From Centroscyllium fabricii (taxonomy: Eukaryota): a DNA stretch of 64,000 nucleotides. The stretch is taken from positions 62,372,001 through 62,436,000 of the forward strand of contig JBNRSN020000018.1 in the NCBI GenBank assembly GCA_051313645.2, in the 5' to 3' direction. Under the pieces are notes generated by a model, which saw only the letters and a list, made by a program, of their open reading frames with translations, did no database searches and was not told where the DNA came from. Shown here piece after piece: positions 60,006 through 64,000 of this stretch (its first letter is position 1; each line of letters begins with the position of its first letter). A program made the translations under genes and the position numbers.

Positions 60006-61087
60006 AAGAGTTATAATGTTGCCTTCCAAAATCCGTGCCCATCTTTCCCGTAACTCCCATGTTTGAATCCCTCCAATCAGGTTTCCGCCCCTGCCACAGT
60101 ACCGAAACGGTTCTCCTCAAAATCTCAAATGATATCCTTTGTGACTGTGACAAAGGTAAACTATCCCTCCTTGTTGACTTGTCTGCAGCCTTTGACACGG
60201 TTGACCACTCCATCCTTCTCCACCATCATTAAACTGGGTGGGACTGCACTCGTCTGGTTCCATTCTTATCTAATTGTAGCCAGAGAATCACCTGCTTCTC
60301 TTCCCGCTCCTGCATCGTTACCTCTGGTGTCCCGCAAGGATCTATCCTTGTCCCCTCCTATTTCTCATCAACATGCTGCCCCTTGGCGACATCATCTGAA
60401 AACACGCCGTCAGTTTCCACATGTACGCAGACGACACCCAGCTCTACCCACCACCACTTCACTCGACCCCTCCGCGGTCTCTAAATTGTCAGACTGCTTG
60501 TCGAATATCCAGTTCTGGGTGAGCAAAATTTTCTCCAATTAAATATTGGCAAGACCGAAGCCATTGTTTTCCATTCCCGCCACAAACTCTGTTCCCGAGC
60601 CACTGACTCCATCCCTCTCCCTAACGTGTTTGAGGCTGAACCACACTATTCACAACCTTGGTGCCATATGTGACCCTGAAATGAGCTTCTGACCACATAT
60701 CCGCAGCATAACTAAGACCGCCTCTGTCCACCTCCGTAACGTCGCCCGTCTCCGCCCTTGCCTCAGCTCATCCAAGCCTTTGTTACCTCCAAACTTGACT
60801 ATTCCAAAGCACTCTCAATTGGCCTCCCACGTTCCACCCTACGTAAACTTGGTCATCCAAAACTCGGCTGCCCGTGTCCTAACTCGCACCAAGCCCCATT
60901 CAACCATCACCCCTGTAGTCGCTGACCTACATTGGCTCCCAGTTAAGCAACACCTGATTTAAAAATTCTCCTTATTTTCAAATTGCTCCATGGCCTCGCC
61001 CCTCCCTAGCTCTGTAATCTCCTCCCGCCCCACAACCCCACCCCCCACCCTGAGATATTTGCGCTCCTCTAATTCTGCCCTCTAGAG

Positions 61088-61323
61088 CATAGAAACTAGG
61101 AGCAGGAGGAGGCCATTCGGCCCTTCGAGCCTGCTCCGCCATTCAATGAGATCATGGCTGATCATCCAAACCCAGTACCCCGCTCCTGCCTTCTCCCCCG
61201 ATCCCTATCGAGCCTGTACCGACACATATCCCACCCTATCCCAGTAACCCCACATATTTAATCCCCCTAACACTAAGGGTCAATTTATCCTGGCCAATCA
61301 ACCTAACCCGCACATCTTTGGAC
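61088..61323 (-). mobile_element. 5'-truncated V-SINE (left arm of an inverted pair)
   Basis: Ends at cacatctttggac; flanked by gcat. Confidence 0.88.
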
Positions 61324-61383
61324 CCGCGCATCCCTGATTATAATCACTCAACCATTGGCCGTGCCTTCTGTTGCCTAGGCCCT

Positions 61384-61624
61384 AAGATGTGCGGGTTAGG
61401 TTGATTGGCCATGATAAATTGACCCTTAGTGTTAGGGGGATTGAATATGTGGGGTTACGGGGATAGGGAGGGATGTGTGTCGGTGCAGGTTCGATAGGGA
61501 TATGGGAGAGAGGGCAGGGGCGGGGTGCTGGGTTTGGATGATCAGCCATGATCTCATTGAATGGCGGAGCAGGCTTGAAGGGCCGAATGGCCTACTCCTG
61601 CTCCTATCTTCTATGTTTCTATGT
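61384..61624 (+). mobile_element. 5'-truncated V-SINE (right arm of an inverted pair)
   Basis: Starts at aagatgtgcgggttagg; flanked by taag. Confidence 0.88.
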
Positions 61625-62505
61625 AAGCTTTGGAATTCCCTACCTAAACCTCTCTTTCCCCCTTTAAGACTCTCCTTAAAACCTACCTCTCTGACCAAAC
61701 TTTTGGTCATCTGCCCTAATTTCTCTCTATATGGCTCGGTGTCTGATTTGTTTGTCTTATAATACTCCTGTGAAGTGCCTTGGGATGTTTTGCTACGTTA
61801 ACGGTGCTACATAAATACCTGTACTAGTTTTTGTTGTCGAGTTGTTTGTCAGTCTACTTCCATACCAGCAGACATTAAGTTCTCGGTTTGCATCGATGAA
61901 AAGCACTGATGTGTCTTTTCAGGATTGGCCCGTGGATGATTGGTCGCACAGTAGTTGGTTAGTTCAGCCAGTGCATTGAAGGAGCGTTCCGGTTGCGGCC
62001 CGGCAGGTTTTTTTTCACCTGCGAATTCTTCTACAACGCACTTTCCCAACTTAAATGGGAGACCAGAAGATTCTGTAGAAAATCTCTGAATTCTGCAGTT
62101 TTAGTGAGCACCATTTCAATATTCTAAAGGGAATCGGATCAGTTCTTGATTATGATAATGAGCGAAGTGCTGAGTGTTTCTGATTATTTTTTTTTGGTGT
62201 AATTTAAACAAAATCAAGTTCTGGAAAAGCAACCATGAGTTCACAGAACAACTATTTGTGAAGGTGAAAGGGGTTATTCATCCTGATTTTGCTTAGAGAA
62301 TCATGCGTATAAAATTGAATAGTTCAATCCAAGCACATGATTTTGTTCATAATCTATCAGATTGGAAAGTTTCCACTCCTAAAGTGGTGATTATTGTAGC
62401 ATATATAAAGGCATTCTTCTCTCTGTTTTGACATTTTCTGTACTGCCTCCTGCACTGTACTCTGAACACATCAGTTTTAGTGCAAACACTACAGATTATG
62501 AGCAC

Positions 62506-62899
62506 ATAGACATAGAAGATAGGAGCAGGAGTAGGCCGTTTGGCCCTTCGAGAGCCTGCTCCGCCATTCAATGAGATCATGGCTGATCATCCAAACCCAG
62601 CACCCCACCCCTGCCCTCTCCCCATATCCCTCTCGAGCCTGCAGCGACACATATGCCACCCTAACCCCGTAACCCCACCTATTCAATCCCCCTAACACTA
62701 AGGGTCAATTTATCCTGGCCAATCAACCTAACCCGCACATCTTTGGACTGTGGGAGGAAACCGGAGCACCCGGAGGAAACCCACGCAGACACGGGGAGAA
62801 TGTGCAAACTCCACACAGATAGTACCCGAGGCTGGATTTGAACCTGGGTCTCCAGTGCTGTGAGACAACAGTGCTAACCACTATGCCACCGTGCCGCCC
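62506..62899 (-). mobile_element. Full-length V-SINE
   Basis: Head, V-domain and tail intact; agcac flanks. Confidence 0.92.
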
Positions 62900-63467
62900 T
62901 CAGCACCTAAAATAAAATCGAGCAAACCATCAACCAACATTACAACATGCAATTGGGTAAAAGACTACTGACTTAAACACTGGTAAATGTTATTAAAAGT
63001 AGAATGACTAACATTGCTAACAAGTGTACAATATTCCACCAAATTGTAGGATACATGATTGTGCTCATGGCAAGGTACTAATCTTCTCCATTACAAATTT
63101 TGGTACAAGCAGAGCAGTTGGAGAGTAAATTGCTAGAGGTGTGTGGAATGGTCCAAGAAAAGCAGCAAAAAATTACCTTGCAAAATAATACCACTTCCAG
63201 TCCTATATCTGTGATGCAGCTTTACCAAATCAGGCTAAGCTGATGCCGACCTTCCCTGGAGCTACCAATCTTCAGTTTGACAAATCTAAACCAGATGGAA
63301 GAAAGTTGAGAATACGTTGTGCAAACTAGAAGGCATGGTCTGGTTTCTTAATGATTTTATTTTTGAGAAAAGTATTAGCAAGTGTTGGTCTCTAGATTAT
63401 TCTTATTTGATCAAACAAGTTATGTCTGTGAGGCTATACAACAGTTACAAAATAAAAATATTTAAGT

Positions 63468-63473
63468 TTTATT
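63468..63473 (-). promoter_or_regulatory. Candidate polyA signal (AATAAA) of the FReD gene
   Basis: tttatt on the + strand, ~190 nt past the stop. Confidence 0.5.
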
Positions 63474-63660
63474 AAACAAACTAAGCCACACATTTCTAAT
63501 CTATCATAAGTAGTTAAATTATAAAATGTTTACTGTATATATAACTTTTTTAAACTGCTTAGGTAATAAGAATTAAATAAGTTTTACAATTGTAAGATAT
63601 TGAAAAATGTACTTTATAATGTTTGTTTATATTAGTCTCACAATAGTTGCATTATAGAAT

Positions 63661-63959
63661 TTACACCGATAGAACTTTTAACTGACTGAATTTCAGTGAA
63701 TATGGCAGCTGTTTCCAAGTTTTCCAGTGCACTCCAGACATCCAGCCAATATTATCATCTTTGGAATGCCAGTCCCCATTCAGATCTGCCATTCCACATT
63801 GACTGAACCACCATCCACTGCCAAACATATCACTGCAACTTTCAATTGCAGTGTCACCAAAGATACAAGGTGTGCAATCATCATTGTCCTGGTCATAAGT
63901 ACTGAACATATGACCATTTTGGTCCTCTTTGGGGGGTCCTGGTCCTCTGAATGCATCTC
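63661..63959 (-). CDS. Terminal exon of a fibrinogen-related domain (FReD) protein (FGL1-like/angiopoietin-like family)
   Basis: ttttgtgctcag| GDAFRG...QNGHMFSTYDQDNDDC...C...GSGWWFSQCGMADLNGDW...GVHWKTWK..YSLKFSQLKV-stop; FSTxDxDND, GWWF..C..LNG and W..W motifs of the fibrinogen C-terminal domain. Confidence 0.9.
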
Positions 63960-64000
63960 CTGAGCACAAAAAACAAATATTGCTGTCAACTTTTGTGCAG

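Larger units (their letters stand above)
60010..61840 (+). mobile_element. L2 LINE remnant with two nested SINEs
   Basis: [51 protein letters not shown]...HITP..A.LHWLPV. Confidence 0.88.

Overview
Vertebrate genomic DNA, very likely from a shark or ray (HE1/V-type SINEs, abundant CR1 LINEs). The window holds 22 coding exons of TUBGCP6 (gamma-tubulin complex component 6) on the + strand, 723-58588. These correspond to roughly exons 4-25 of the human gene; the 5' exons lie upstream. All exon phases are consistent, one intron is GC-AG, and the large exon carries the 27-aa repeat array. The last exon of a convergent fibrinogen-domain gene lies at the right edge (- strand). Introns are packed with transposons: nested CR1s, V-SINEs, L2, RTE, Vingi-like and RTEX-like remnants, solo LTRs, hAT, TA-target and PIF/Harbinger MITEs, a full-length disrupted Harbinger (transposase plus spliced Myb/SANT gene), and Penelope-type ends with minimal hammerhead ribozyme motifs. 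Three features are most unusual. (1) A fold-back inverted plus direct duplication of the repeat-exon splice acceptor gives one antisense arm that can pair with either a decoy acceptor (followed by a premature stop) or the real acceptor. (2) A hammerhead motif with an intact core lies in sense orientation inside a TUBGCP6 intron. (3) The TUBGCP6 repeat has been recently homogenised around a variant unit. Family names and human comparisons are from recall, not database searches.
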